DNA of 64,000 bases from Spirulina sp. (lineage in GTDB: Bacteria; Cyanobacteriota; Cyanobacteriia; Phormidesmidales; Phormidesmidaceae). Positions 9,973 to 20,653 of the stretch are shown here, piece after piece (position 1 is the stretch's first letter; each line of letters starts with the position of its first letter). The notes below the pieces were generated by a model, which was not told the origin of the DNA, did no database searches, and worked only from the letters and a program-made list of their open reading frames with translations. A program made the translations under genes and the position numbers. Location: positions 1-64,000 of the forward strand of contig JBIPSI010000013.1 of assembly GCA_044070495.1 (NCBI GenBank). The letters run 5' to 3'.

Positions 9973-11487
9973 GTGGAAACAGCACCTATCCACCACGGAA
10001 TTTTATTTTGGGGAATCATTTTATTTCTCCTCAGTACCCTGGGCATTGGGGTTTGGGCCTCAAAACAAATTAAAGGAGATAGCGTTAACTTTTTAGTGGC
10101 AGGTCGGGGGCTGGCTTTACCCCTTGCCGCCGCAACCCTGATGGCCCAGTCGGTAGACGCGAACGCCACCCTGGGCAACACCGACCTATCCGCAGAATTT
10201 GGCTTTTGGGCCGGTGCAGCTTTACCCGTAGGGCTAGCGCTTTGCCTGTTTCTAACGGGCACATTTTTGGCCAAGCCCATGAATCGTATGGGGCTAATCA
10301 CCATTCCAGATTTTTACCGAGTCAAGTATGGCCGTTTGGTTGAAGTGATTGCCGCTTGCATCATGACCGTGAGCTTTTCGTTTTTGCTGGCGGGCAACTT
10401 AGTAGCCGGGGGCTTTATGTTCCAGACGTTCTTAGGCACTAGCTACATGGGGGGGATCACCCTTTTAGCCAGCCTAGTACTGGTCTATACGGTGTCTGGT
10501 GGTCTGTTTGCCGTCGCCTACACCGACTTTATTCAGATGATCATTGCCGCCCTAGGGGCCGGGGCATTGGTCATCTATCTGATGGCCACCTTTGGGTTAG
10601 ATATTCCCGCTGGCACGGGGCCGATGGCTTTAGAACAACTGACCTCTGTGGAGGCTGGAGCGGCGATTAACTGGGCTAGCATCATTGCCCTAGGGTTTGG
10701 CAACATGGTGGCGATTGACTTTATGGCCCGGATTTTTGCCTCAGAAAGTCCTGAAACGGCACAAAAAGCCTGCTACATTGCCTCCGCTGGCACCCTCCTG
10801 ATTGGCATTCCCTTCTCGGTCATTGCGCTATCCGCCGGAAGAATTTTTGACCAAGTGGGTATCACCCCCGATGGCCCAGTCCTGTTTGCAATGTTGCAAA
10901 ACGTCGTCCCCGTTGTGGTCGGGCTGCTGGTACTAGCTGCGATTCTGTCGGCTTCGCTTTCGACGGCTGATGGAGCCATTTTGGGCACCTCTTCTGTCCT
11001 CGCCCACAATGTCTTTGGCATTCGCCACGGGGTCGAGCATGGTCACAGCGGAGACAAGCTCCTATTAATTACCCGTTGGATGGCGGTGGTCATTACTGGC
11101 CTCGGCGTGTTTTTAGGGCTGCGGGTACCCCAGACCGGTGTTTTACTGCTGCTAGCCTTTGACATGAGCTTCGCCGGATTGGTGGTGCCACTGCTGGGTG
11201 GCCTGTTTTGGCCCAAGGCCACCCGCCAAGGGGCTTTGGCCTGTATTGCCGTAGGATCCATTTCGCGCCTACTGATGTTTTCTCTCATGCCCACCATGTT
11301 CGGCGTAGATAACACCCTGTTGTATATCCCGAATAGCCTATTTTCCAGCAGCTTTGACGGCTTCCCGACGATGATCAGCCCCATCTTGGGACTCATCGCC
11401 TTTGTCCTGGTCTCCTACTTCACCTACCAGCCGCCCCAATCCGCGCTCCTAGAGCCCGACCTCGTCACCAGTCGCCAGGTTCTCTAG
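9973..11487 (+). CDS. sodium:solute symporter (SSS) family transporter, candidate guanidine importer
   Basis: about 13 hydrophobic segments; FLVAGRGL, ITIPDFYRVKYG, YTVSGGLFAVAYTDFIQ and AAILSASLSTADG are SSS motifs; GGAG RBS before GTG. Confidence 0.88.
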   Translation: METAPIHHGILFWGIILFLLSTLGIGVWASKQIKGDSVNFLVAGRGLALPLAAATLMAQSVDANATLGNTDLSAEFGFWAGAALPVGLALCLFLTGTFLAKPMNRMGLITIPDFYRVKYGRLVEVIAACIMTVSFSFLLAGNLVAGGFMFQTFLGTSYMGGITLLASLVLVYTVSGGLFAVAYTDFIQMIIAALGAGALVIYLMATFGLDIPAGTGPMALEQLTSVEAGAAINWASIIALGFGNMVAIDFMARIFASESPETAQKACYIASAGTLLIGIPFSVIALSAGRIFDQVGITPDGPVLFAMLQNVVPVVVGLLVLAAILSASLSTADGAILGTSSVLAHNVFGIRHGVEHGHSGDKLLLITRWMAVVITGLGVFLGLRVPQTGVLLLLAFDMSFAGLVVPLLGGLFWPKATRQGALACIAVGSISRLLMFSLMPTMFGVDNTLLYIPNSLFSSSFDGFPTMISPILGLIAFVLVSYFTYQPPQSALLEPDLVTSRQVL

Positions 11488-11528
11488 GGCAATTCGCCTC
11501 TCCCCAGGGCGGCCCTCCCTGCCTCTCT

Positions 11529-11650
11529 CTACCGCTTATACACAAGTCTCTATGCTGCTTGGTTCCTAGGTTTGATCCCCCCTAGCCTCCCTAAAAAAGG
11601 GGAGAACCGGATTCAAAGTCCCCCTTGCCAAGGGGGATTTAGGGGGATCT
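11529..11650 (-). repeat. about 125-bp cyanobacterial dispersed repeat (copy 2, inverted relative to 3221-3369)
   Basis: CTACCGCTTATACACAAGT...AAAGTCCCCCTTGCCAAGGGGGATTTAGGGGGATCT. Confidence 0.8.
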
Positions 11651-11986
11651 TTATGGAGCCACTTTGCCGAAGTGGTAGCTCGCGTGGGCACCGTTGGGGT
11701 ACAGAAAGGTGCAAACCACCGACACATCGGGGTTGTAGCGGATAATCATGTCCTGGAGCGGGGTTTGCTTCCAGTCCGAGAGGATGTCATCAATGCGGCT
11801 GATAGGGCGGTACTTTACCTGCCAGTCGTCCAATTCCAGATGGGGATTTTCCAGTTGGCGCAGTACAACGACGGTGCCCTTTTCCCCTAATTCCTGGTAG
11901 CCTCGGTCGCAAACCTGGCAAATTTTCAGGGCATTGGCCTCTAGCACGGCAATTTGCTGATCGGGGGATTCCAAAGGTTCAGGCAT
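11651..11986 (-). CDS. hypothetical protein
   Basis: 111-aa ORF with plausible composition and an ATG start. Confidence 0.6.
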   Translation of the reverse strand: MPEPLESPDQQIAVLEANALKICQVCDRGYQELGEKGTVVVLRQLENPHLELDDWQVKYRPISRIDDILSDWKQTPLQDMIIRYNPDVSVVCTFLYPNGAHASYHFGKVAP

Positions 11987-12178
11987 GGGTTCACTCGCTC
12001 GACTGACGTAGGGCCTAGGTTCTCAAGGGTATCAAATCCTAGGGGATGGGCGCTAAAGTCCAAGGGCAATCCCCACCACGCGGGATCCTGCGTGCCCCAT
12101 GGCCATGGGTGATGGAACCACGTCGAATCCATGGGTTCTAGGACCAATGGTGTAGGATCGCCCTCAGCAGGAAAGGTG

Positions 12179-12580
12179 ATGACCCCAATGGCATTCCTAG
12201 AGCATGGGCTAGAGCAGATCGTCGTGATGACGACCTTTGTGCTGGAAGCGATTTCAGTGCTCTGTATCGTCGCAGGGTTGGTCAAAACAGCGCAGTTGTG
12301 GGTGCGGTTACGGCGACAATCGCGGGGGCGAGAGTTTCCCTTTAACCAGGTGCGGTTATCCTTTGGCAGTTGGTTGGCCCTAGCTTTGGAATTCCAGCTA
12401 GGGGCGGATATTCTGGGCACCACCGTGGCTCCTACGGTTCAAGATCTGGCGCGGCTGAGCATTATTGCCGTCATTCGCACGTTTTTGAACTACTTTTTGG
12501 GCAAGGAAATGGAAATGGAGTTGGCCCTAGAGCGGGAACGCCTATCCCAGGAAAAACTGCGCCAGGGCGAGGGCGGATAA
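12179..12580 (+). CDS. DUF1622 domain membrane protein
   Basis: LALALEFQLGADIL and IAVIRTFLNYFL motifs. Confidence 0.85.
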   Translation: MTPMAFLEHGLEQIVVMTTFVLEAISVLCIVAGLVKTAQLWVRLRRQSRGREFPFNQVRLSFGSWLALALEFQLGADILGTTVAPTVQDLARLSIIAVIRTFLNYFLGKEMEMELALERERLSQEKLRQGEGG

Positions 12581-12782
12581 TGCCAAAACCGAGTTGAAAA
12601 ACCCCGGCTCCCAGCCCGAAAACCCTTAGGAGCAAGGTCTCTTCACCCGCTAATACCCGGGTAAACAAGCCGGATATTAGCGGGTTCAGCAAACCTTATA
12701 AAAATCCTCAAATTTCCCTGAATGGTCAGAATCTTCGCTAGCTTAGGTGGGCACGCCCTAGTCAAACCCGAAGGACTTTGCC

Positions 12783-13211
12783 ATGACCCAAGCTAAAACC
12801 GGCGACCTCGTTGCCATTCACTACACCGGCAAGCTCGAAGATGGCACCGTGTTCGACTCCTCCCGCAACCGTGATCCGCTGGAATTTTCCCTGGGTGGCG
12901 GCCAGGTGATTCCCGGCTTTGAGGCGGCGGTGATGGGGATGAGCCTTGGGGAATCGAAAACAGAGGTGATTCCCTCGGAGCAAGCCTATGGCCCCTACCG
13001 CGATGAAATGGTGATGGTGGTGGATCGCCAGCAGATTCCCGCCGAAATTCCCTTAGATGTGGGACTCCAACTCCAGCTTCAGGGGCCAGATGGTCAGGCC
13101 GTCCCCGTCCTAGTCACCGATTTATCCGAAAGTGACGTGACCCTCGATGCCAACCATCCCCTCGCCGGAGAAACCCTGATTTTTGATATCGAACTCATCG
13201 GTATCCAGTAG
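12783..13211 (+). CDS. FKBP-type peptidyl-prolyl isomerase (SlyD/SlpA-like)
   Basis: HYTGKLEDGTVFDSS, VIPGFE and DANHPLAGETLIFDIE. Confidence 0.92.
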   Translation: MTQAKTGDLVAIHYTGKLEDGTVFDSSRNRDPLEFSLGGGQVIPGFEAAVMGMSLGESKTEVIPSEQAYGPYRDEMVMVVDRQQIPAEIPLDVGLQLQLQGPDGQAVPVLVTDLSESDVTLDANHPLAGETLIFDIELIGIQ

Positions 13212-13372
13212 TCGGAAGTTGTAAGACTGGCTCGTCCGGTGCCAGACAAGGCTAGCGTCCTAACGTTAGCGATTGTTTCAGGGTTAGGCCCCAACTCAGA
13301 GTCCCTACAGCGACACACCCCTATTCGTGCCAGAAGACGCCACTTGCCTTGGCCGTCCTCTGGCTGTAAACC

Positions 13373-13861
13373 CTACCAAGCCTGAAACCGCGACCTAGCC
13401 TCCTGGATCGGAGGGGGGTCTTCTGCCGCCGCTGCTAGGGCCGTGACCACCTTTGCCGCATAGGGGCGCAGCAACGACCAAGCCAGGGGAGACAGCCAGC
13501 CCTGGAGCGTCACCGAATAGGAAATTTGGGTGCCCCGCATCGTAGATTTCAGCTCATAAATTACCCGTTCTTCTAATCCTGGAACGGGCAACACCCGAAT
13601 GCTAATCAACTCCTGGGGCAGCACCCGTTCCACAAAAATGGATACCGGAATGGGGCAAAAGCGGGTGAAGGCACGGTAGATCAAACCGGGTTTGGGCGAG
13701 AGCCCTTGGGGGGCATTGGTGCTGCTGAGCAAGGGGTGCCAGGAGACATCGGCCAAATTATTGATGGTTTGCCACAGGGTCTCCACCGATGCCGTACTGA
13801 CGATGCGGTAGGACTTTTCCAACCGCTGTTGTACCTGCACCCAGCGCTGAATAATTTGCAT
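13373..13861 (-). CDS. SRPBCC (polyketide cyclase-like) family protein
   Basis: LADVSWHPL...PKPGLIY; conserved cyanobacterial type; start uncertain. Confidence 0.65.
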   Translation of the reverse strand: MQIIQRWVQVQQRLEKSYRIVSTASVETLWQTINNLADVSWHPLLSSTNAPQGLSPKPGLIYRAFTRFCPIPVSIFVERVLPQELISIRVLPVPGLEERVIYELKSTMRGTQISYSVTLQGWLSPLAWSLLRPYAAKVVTALAAAAEDPPPIQEARSRFQAW

Positions 13862-14340
13862 CAACGACAAAAAGGGCCGAGGAAACGACCATTCCTGAGG
13901 TGACCAAGCCCTAAAGATGGCAGCAAACATAAGCGGTCTCCACAGACAGCAAAGGTCGGGTTGCAGTACCCGTATGGACAAGAGGCTACAGAGCCGTACC
14001 CCTTAACCTATTCTTATCAGGTTAACCTGCGACCTCAGTCTTCCTGATCATGGACTAACTCTAGGGGGCACAGCATCCCCCCGTAGTTCAAAATTAACCG
14101 TTTTCCGCAGGAGAATCGCTCTAGCCTTGAAAATCGACTGTTCTGAGCATTCTACCTACCCTGCCCCAGCTAGGATAGCCCTCGAACCACCTTTGATCTA
14201 AACCCCAGTTTGTAAAATGTTGAGTTTCGCAACATTATTCCTAGGGCTTTTAGCGCTGGGGGAGGGTTTCACGGTAGCGTGAAGAAACCACGGATAACAG
14301 ATATCGTTACTATCGGTTTAGCATTGCACGCTCAGTATTT

Positions 14341-15378
14341 ATGACCCTTTCCTCAGCACCCAACCCAACCGCCCCTAACAAGACCGCCCCTCCTCCCTCC
14401 GATTCACGGGAGCGAGCGAGCGCCATGCTTAAACAGCTTCAGGACAATATTTGCCAAGGGCTAGAAGCCCTAGATGGCGAGGCCAAGTTCCAGGAAGAAA
14501 GCTGGGAACGGCCCGAGGGCGGCGGCGGTCGTTCGCGGGTAATGAAACAGGGCGGCGTGTTCGAGCAGGGCGGCGTTAATTTCTCGGAAGTGTGGGGCGA
14601 TACCCTACCGCCCTCGGTGCTGGTGCAACGGCCCGAAGCCGTCGGCCATCGTTTCTACGCCACCGGCACCTCCATGGTGCTGCACCCCCGCAATCCCTAC
14701 ATCCCCACCGTCCACCTCAACTACCGCTACTTCGAGGCTGGCCCCGTGTGGTGGTTTGGCGGCGGCATCGACCTCACCCCCTACTACCCCTCCGAGGCCG
14801 ATGTGGTGCATTTCCACCGCACCATGAAGGAGGTGTGTGATCGCCACCATCCTGCCTACTACCAAGTCTTCAAGCCCTGGTGCGACGAGTATTTCTACCT
14901 CAAGCATCGCCAGGAAACCCGTGGCGTAGGCGGCATCTTCTTCGACTACCAAGATGGCCAAGGGTTGCTCTACCGTGGCCCCGACCAGGGCAAGGGTGCA
15001 GATCAGGTGAGCCAAGCCATTGGCGAACTGCCCCAGCGCTCCTGGGAAGAACTCTTTGCCTTCTCCCAAGCCTGCGGCAACGCCTTCCTGCCCGCCTACG
15101 TACCCATTGCCGAGCGCCACAAAAACGACGAATACGGCGACCGAGAACGCCAGTTCCAGCTCTATCGCCGGGGTCGCTACGTGGAATTTAACCTGGTCTA
15201 CGACCGAGGCACCATTTTTGGCCTGCAAACCAATGGCCGCACCGAGTCGATTTTGATGTCGTTACCGCCCCTGGTGCGCTGGGAATATGGCTATACTCCC
15301 GAACCGGGTAGCATCGAGGCCAAGCTCTACGACACCTTCCTAACGCCTCAGGACTGGGTGAACTGGCCCACCGCCTAG
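14341..15378 (+). CDS. hemF: oxygen-dependent coproporphyrinogen III oxidase
   Basis: [31 protein letters not shown] and [16 protein letters not shown]. Confidence 0.96.
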   Translation: MTLSSAPNPTAPNKTAPPPSDSRERASAMLKQLQDNICQGLEALDGEAKFQEESWERPEGGGGRSRVMKQGGVFEQGGVNFSEVWGDTLPPSVLVQRPEAVGHRFYATGTSMVLHPRNPYIPTVHLNYRYFEAGPVWWFGGGIDLTPYYPSEADVVHFHRTMKEVCDRHHPAYYQVFKPWCDEYFYLKHRQETRGVGGIFFDYQDGQGLLYRGPDQGKGADQVSQAIGELPQRSWEELFAFSQACGNAFLPAYVPIAERHKNDEYGDRERQFQLYRRGRYVEFNLVYDRGTIFGLQTNGRTESILMSLPPLVRWEYGYTPEPGSIEAKLYDTFLTPQDWVNWPTA

Positions 15379-15468
15379 GCAGGGGCCGCCTACCCGAATT
15401 CCACTCGTCAATCCCACTTATCAAACCATAGGGGCGAGGAAATCTCGTCCCTACGGTGGTCTTTTTGC

Positions 15469-16635
15469 CTAGATGTGCTGTTCTAGGAGCTCCACGATGG
15501 CGCGGTGCTCTACGGGGGGATCGGCGGGGAGATCCTGGCGGGTATCGGTGATCAGCCAGTCGAGGGCGGCGGCCTTCATGTCAATGGAGGCCCCGGTTTT
15601 GTCTACGCAGTAGCGACCAAACACCAGCTTATCCACCAGGCGCACACCGGGGCCAAGGCGCGAGTATTCAAAAATCACGCTTTTATCTACGATGGAGCCG
15701 CTGCAAATTTCGCAGTTGTTGCCGATGGCGCTGGGGCCAATGATGGTAGCCCCGTCTTCAATGTGGGTCATGCCACCGATGTAGACGGGGCCTTCGACGT
15801 GGATTTTGTCCCAGTTGGCCTTTACGTTCAGGCCCGCATAGACTCCAGGGCGAATTTCCTGGCCCGGAATATCCACCAGGTTGACAACCCCCGTCAGCAC
15901 GTCTTGGATAGCGCGCCAGTAGTCGGGCACTTTCCCGATATCCACCCATTCAAAGTCCATGGGGATGCCGTAGAAGGGGGCGTTGTTGGCCACCAGACGA
16001 GGCATTAAATCTCCGCCAATGTCGAAGGGTACACCGGAGGGGATGTAGTCAAACACCGCTGGCTCGAAGATATAGATCCCGGTGTTAATTTCGGTGCTCA
16101 GGGCTTCTTCCACGGAGGGCTTTTCCTGGAAGGATTTCACCCGTCCGGTGTCATCCGTAACGACCACGCCATAGCTGGGCACCTGCTTGAGGGGAACGGT
16201 CTTGGTGATGATGGTGGCGATGGATCCTTTCTCCCGGTGGCGGCGCACGGCTTCCGTGAGATCCAAATCAATCAGGGCATCGCCGCAGAGCACCACAAAG
16301 GTGTCGTCAAAGAAGGGGGAGAAGTCTTGAATTTTGCGCATCCCGCCCGCCGAGCCAATGGCATCCCCCACCAGATGGCCATCCTCCTCGATGCGGCCCT
16401 CAAAGGAATAGGCGATCTCTACCCCAAAGCGTTGACCATCCCGGAAATAGCCTTCAATTTCGTTGGCTAGGTGGCTGACATTCACCATGATTTGGTTAAA
16501 GCCGTGCTGCCGCAGCAGTTCCAGCAGGAATTCCATCACCGGCTTTTGCATGATAGGAATCATGGGCTTGGGAATGGTGTAGGTAATGGGACGCACCCGA
16601 GTCCCTTTACCAGCCGCCAGAATCATCGCTTTCAT
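15469..16635 (-). CDS. cugP: NDP-sugar synthase (cyanobacterial UDP-glucose pyrophosphorylase type)
   Basis: MKAMILAAGKGTRVRPITYTIPKPMIPI plus a C-terminal beta-helix. Confidence 0.85.
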   Translation of the reverse strand: MKAMILAAGKGTRVRPITYTIPKPMIPIMQKPVMEFLLELLRQHGFNQIMVNVSHLANEIEGYFRDGQRFGVEIAYSFEGRIEEDGHLVGDAIGSAGGMRKIQDFSPFFDDTFVVLCGDALIDLDLTEAVRRHREKGSIATIITKTVPLKQVPSYGVVVTDDTGRVKSFQEKPSVEEALSTEINTGIYIFEPAVFDYIPSGVPFDIGGDLMPRLVANNAPFYGIPMDFEWVDIGKVPDYWRAIQDVLTGVVNLVDIPGQEIRPGVYAGLNVKANWDKIHVEGPVYIGGMTHIEDGATIIGPSAIGNNCEICSGSIVDKSVIFEYSRLGPGVRLVDKLVFGRYCVDKTGASIDMKAAALDWLITDTRQDLPADPPVEHRAIVELLEQHI

Positions 16636-16986
16636 AAAAATTACAGTCCTTAAACTTTACGGCGAAACAATTGGCAAGGACAGCGTCCTTAGAATCATGT
16701 GCTTTGGGGTAATTCAGTCTAGAGCGTTAGAATGCGGTGAGTAAATCCGAAGCTGTCCTCCCAAAACGTCAGAAAAATCACCTACCTATGTTATCAATGC
16801 CCAAAAATACACTCCTGAAGAACAGGGTCAGCTTCAGCAATTTCTCATAAAGCGATAAATAAGGCGCGTAATTCCCCATTAACTTCGGGAATAAAGCATG
16901 TTCGGACCTCACGCTGGCCGACCCTGCCATCAGGACGGATGGGTCTTCGGGGGGTCTCAGCGATGTGCCCTGAAAGCCCCTAGGGG

Positions 16987-17784
16987 TCAGGGGGCTGCCT
17001 CTACCGAGGGCAGGGGCAACAGGTGGAGGTGATAGCGATAGAGGGCTACGGGGTGCCCAAAGGTGGCTAGAAAATCCGGATCCTGGGGAGAGAGGTACAC
17101 AGCGGTGACCTGATCCGCTTCGATGTGGTCGCCTAGGTTCCAATAGTCCGTCGTCGTCTCCACTTCATTGAGGTAGGGGACAGCGGTGCCGCGAAATACC
17201 TGCTGGAACCGTTCTGCCGTGATGAACCGATCCTCCTGGGGGGACTCCGTCGTGCGACCTGTAACGGTGGATTCGATCTGTCGCCCTTGTTCTAACACGG
17301 TTAACTGGCGATTGGGATTGTTGGGATCTATCTTCACGGCCTTGACGACGGCTTCCCCCAGATAGGCTTGGGCCATATTCAGACCGTTAAAGGCACGGTC
17401 GGCCAAGATGTTCTGCTGGCGAATCATCCTAGGCAAAAATCCGCTGAGCAGATTGGGCGCTTCCACAAACCGCACCGCACAGGTGATGGGCTGATCCACC
17501 ATGGCTTGGTTGCTCTCAAAACCGGGGGTGACGATATCTGGAGCGAGCGGTGCTGCCAAATCGACCAGGGTGCTCGTTAGTTCCCAGGTACCTTCCAGCC
17601 AGTCGGGGTAGATGAGATCCCCCTTGGCAGCGGGAAGGGGGAGTTTTTCCCATTGCGGGAATTCCTGAAAACGCACCGCTAGGGGCATCGCTAGGGCCTC
17701 GCCACTGCACAACAGCCACACCGTCAGCAGCAACAGCAGCCAGGTTAGGCGGCGGCGGAGAAGGATACGCAGGGTTCGAGGCAT
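16987..17784 (-). CDS. conserved cyanobacterial exported protein (DUF6816-like)
   Basis: signal peptide, GDLIYPDWLEGTW and ADRAFNG. Confidence 0.65.
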   Translation of the reverse strand: MPRTLRILLRRRLTWLLLLLTVWLLCSGEALAMPLAVRFQEFPQWEKLPLPAAKGDLIYPDWLEGTWELTSTLVDLAAPLAPDIVTPGFESNQAMVDQPITCAVRFVEAPNLLSGFLPRMIRQQNILADRAFNGLNMAQAYLGEAVVKAVKIDPNNPNRQLTVLEQGRQIESTVTGRTTESPQEDRFITAERFQQVFRGTAVPYLNEVETTTDYWNLGDHIEADQVTAVYLSPQDPDFLATFGHPVALYRYHLHLLPLPSVEAAP

Positions 17785-17897
17785 AGTAAGGGCCAAGGAC
17801 AAGAGAGGGCAGGGCAGGCTCGAAAGCCATTCTACCCCGCCCCTTTTGTCCCTCGCCGGGATTTTCGTAGGTGGGCACTGCCCACCCTACATGACGT

Positions 17898-19583
17898 CTA
17901 GAACAGGTTTAGGTCGGTGACGGCCCCCAGGCTGCTGGAGGACACCAGTTTGGCGTACTTGGCCAACACCCCGCGCTTATACCGAGGCGTAGGGGGTACC
18001 CAGGCGGCGCGGCGCTGGGCCAGTTCCTCATCAGAGACGTTCAGTTGCAGCAGGTTGTGGTCGGCGTCGATGGTGATCGAATCGCCCTCCTGGACGAGGC
18101 CAATGGTGCCGCCCACCGCCGCTTCGGGGGCAACGTGGCCCACCACCATGCCGTAGGTGCCGCCAGAGAAGCGCCCGTCGGTGATTAACCCCACAGAATC
18201 GCCCAGTCCTGCGCCGATGATGGCGGAGGTGGGGGCCAGCATCTCCCGCATACCGGGGCCACCCTTGGGGCCTTCGTAGCGCACCACGACGATGTCACCC
18301 GCCACGATTTTCTTGTCCAGGATGGCCCGCAGGCATTCTTCTTCAGACTCGAACACCCGGGCGGGGCCAGTGATGTGGCGATTTTTGACGCCTGTGAGCT
18401 TGGCCACAGCGCCTTCGGTGGCCAGGTTGCCCTTGAGGATACCCAGGTGGCCGATGGGGTACATGGGGTTATTAAAGGGGCGAATCACGTCTTGGTCGGC
18501 GCGGGGCTCGGCGGGGATGTCGGCCAAGACTTCCTCGATGGTTTGTCCGGTGATGGTGAGGGCATCGCCGTGGAGCAAGCCGTTGACCAGCAGCATCTTC
18601 ATGACCTGGGGAATGCCCCCGGCCCGATGCAGATCGGTGGCTACGTAGCGACCAGAGGGCTTAAGGTCGCACAGCACGGGCACCCGCTGCCGGATAGCTT
18701 CAAAGTCGTCTAGGGTCAACTCCACGCCAATGGTATTGGCAATGGCCAACAGGTGCAGCACCGAGTTGGTGGAACCGCCCACCGCCATAATCACGGAAAT
18801 AGCGTTTTCAAAGGCCTTGCGGGTCAAAATTTGGCGGGGCAGAATTTGGTTGCGGATGGCGTTCACCAGCACCTCAGCGGATTTTTCGGTGCTGTCTGCC
18901 TTTTCGGCATCCTCAGCGGCCATGGTGGAGGAATAGATTAGGCTCATGCCCATGGCCTCGAAGGCGGAGGACATGGTGTTGGCGGTATACATGCCGCCGC
19001 AGGAACCCACCCCCGGACAGGCATTACGCTCCACCCCCAGCAGCCGTTCTTCGCTGATCTTGCCAGCGCTGTATTCGCCTACCGCCTCAAAGGCGCTGAC
19101 CACGGTCAGGTCTTCTCCGTCGTAGTGACCGGGTTTAATGGTGCCGCCGTAGACAAAAATGGCCGGAATGTTCATCCGGGCCATCGCAATCATGGCCCCT
19201 GGCATATTCTTGTCACAGCCGCCGATGGCCAGCACACCATCGAGACTTTGGCCGTTGCACACGGTTTCAATAGAGTCAGCAATCACATCGCGGGACACCA
19301 GGGAATACTTCATCCCCTCGGTGCCCATGGAGATACCATCGCTGATGGTAATGGTGCCAAACAGTTGGGGCATTCCGCCCGCCGCACGGACTCCGGTCTC
19401 GGCGCGACGAGCCAAGTCATCTAGCCCCATATTGCAGGGGGTGATGGTACTAAAGCCGTTAGCAATACCTACGATGGGCTTCGTGAAATCATCGTCGCCA
19501 AAGCCTACGGCCCGCAGCATGGCACGATTGGGGGTGCGTTGAACGCCTTGGGTCACCACCTGGCTTCTGCGATTCTCGGACAT
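17898..19583 (-). CDS. ilvD: dihydroxy-acid dehydratase
   Basis: [24 protein letters not shown] and TDGRFSGG. Confidence 0.97.
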   Translation of the reverse strand: MSENRRSQVVTQGVQRTPNRAMLRAVGFGDDDFTKPIVGIANGFSTITPCNMGLDDLARRAETGVRAAGGMPQLFGTITISDGISMGTEGMKYSLVSRDVIADSIETVCNGQSLDGVLAIGGCDKNMPGAMIAMARMNIPAIFVYGGTIKPGHYDGEDLTVVSAFEAVGEYSAGKISEERLLGVERNACPGVGSCGGMYTANTMSSAFEAMGMSLIYSSTMAAEDAEKADSTEKSAEVLVNAIRNQILPRQILTRKAFENAISVIMAVGGSTNSVLHLLAIANTIGVELTLDDFEAIRQRVPVLCDLKPSGRYVATDLHRAGGIPQVMKMLLVNGLLHGDALTITGQTIEEVLADIPAEPRADQDVIRPFNNPMYPIGHLGILKGNLATEGAVAKLTGVKNRHITGPARVFESEEECLRAILDKKIVAGDIVVVRYEGPKGGPGMREMLAPTSAIIGAGLGDSVGLITDGRFSGGTYGMVVGHVAPEAAVGGTIGLVQEGDSITIDADHNLLQLNVSDEELAQRRAAWVPPTPRYKRGVLAKYAKLVSSSSLGAVTDLNLF

Positions 19584-19724
19584 AGTCAATCCTCTGGGTG
19601 CAATTCGTTATAATCTTTGTTCCACAGACCTAGATTTTCCCTCAAAATTAAGAGCATAGGGAAATCGAACCAAATTTATTTCGCTTCTCCTGAGTTCCGT
19701 CTATCGTCGCGTTAGAGATTTCTC

Positions 19725-20609
19725 TTGGACAATTTGCCCTCCGCCCTGCCGCCGCCGCCGCCACCCACGGAAATCACCACCGAAGCTTTGCTTGAGCGCT
19801 ATGCTCTGGGGGATCGGGACTTCCGTAATGTTCAACTCGTGGGGGCCAATCTGTCTCGTCAAGATCTGAGCGGGGCCAACTTTCGACAGGCGGTTTTGCG
19901 AGGCAGCAATTTTTCTGAGGCCAAACTGGTGGGGGTCAACTTCCGAGAGGCGAAGCTGGGCGAAACCAACTTCTACAAGGCCAACCTCACCCTCAGCAAT
20001 CTCATTGGGGCCGACCTCACCGAAGCGTCCCTGGTGGAGGCGAATCTCACCGAAGCCGGAATGCGCAGCGTCAACCTGATTCGCACCAACCTCAGTCGCG
20101 CCATTCTGCGGGAGGCCAACCTGAATGAAGCCACCTTTGACCACGCGGTGCTGCCCCACGCCGACCTGACGGAGGCCAGCCTCAGCCGCGCCAAAATGCT
20201 GGCGGTGGCCATGCCCCACGCCATCCTAGACCACGCCAATCTTACCAGTGCCCTCATGAACGGTATTGGTTTAGAGGAGGCTAGCCTTGTCGCGGCCCTG
20301 CTGGGCGGAGCCACCCTGGAAGGAGCTAATCTGCAAGGAGCCGACCTTAGCCGCGCCAAAATGACCGGCTCCCATTTGGTGAACGTGAACCTAGCCAAGG
20401 CCAATCTGCGCGGCACTAACCTAAGCTGGAGTACCCTGCGCGGATCCAACCTGCGGGGGGCTACTCTGTACCGCACCAAGCTCTGCTGGACGAACCTCAG
20501 CGGGGCCGACCTGACGGAAGCCGTGATGATTAACGCCAAGCTAGACTACGCCAACCTGCGCCACACCGATGTTCAGGGCACGGTGTTACCCGATGGCTTT
20601 ACCCGTTAG
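19725..20609 (+). CDS. pentapeptide repeat protein
   Basis: LLERYALGDRDF followed by A(N/D)Lxx repeats. Confidence 0.92.
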   Translation: MDNLPSALPPPPPPTEITTEALLERYALGDRDFRNVQLVGANLSRQDLSGANFRQAVLRGSNFSEAKLVGVNFREAKLGETNFYKANLTLSNLIGADLTEASLVEANLTEAGMRSVNLIRTNLSRAILREANLNEATFDHAVLPHADLTEASLSRAKMLAVAMPHAILDHANLTSALMNGIGLEEASLVAALLGGATLEGANLQGADLSRAKMTGSHLVNVNLAKANLRGTNLSWSTLRGSNLRGATLYRTKLCWTNLSGADLTEAVMINAKLDYANLRHTDVQGTVLPDGFTR

Positions 20610-20653
20610 CTGGGCCAAGGCGAGTCACCTAGCCAGGACGGATCACCTCACGG

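Noticed and set aside
15429..17890. GTAG-type hairpins at gene ends (15429, 17867; also 26205, 37630, 53171) as a new element
   Set aside because: Ordinary REP-like or terminator palindromes common in cyanobacteria; no associated transposase in the window
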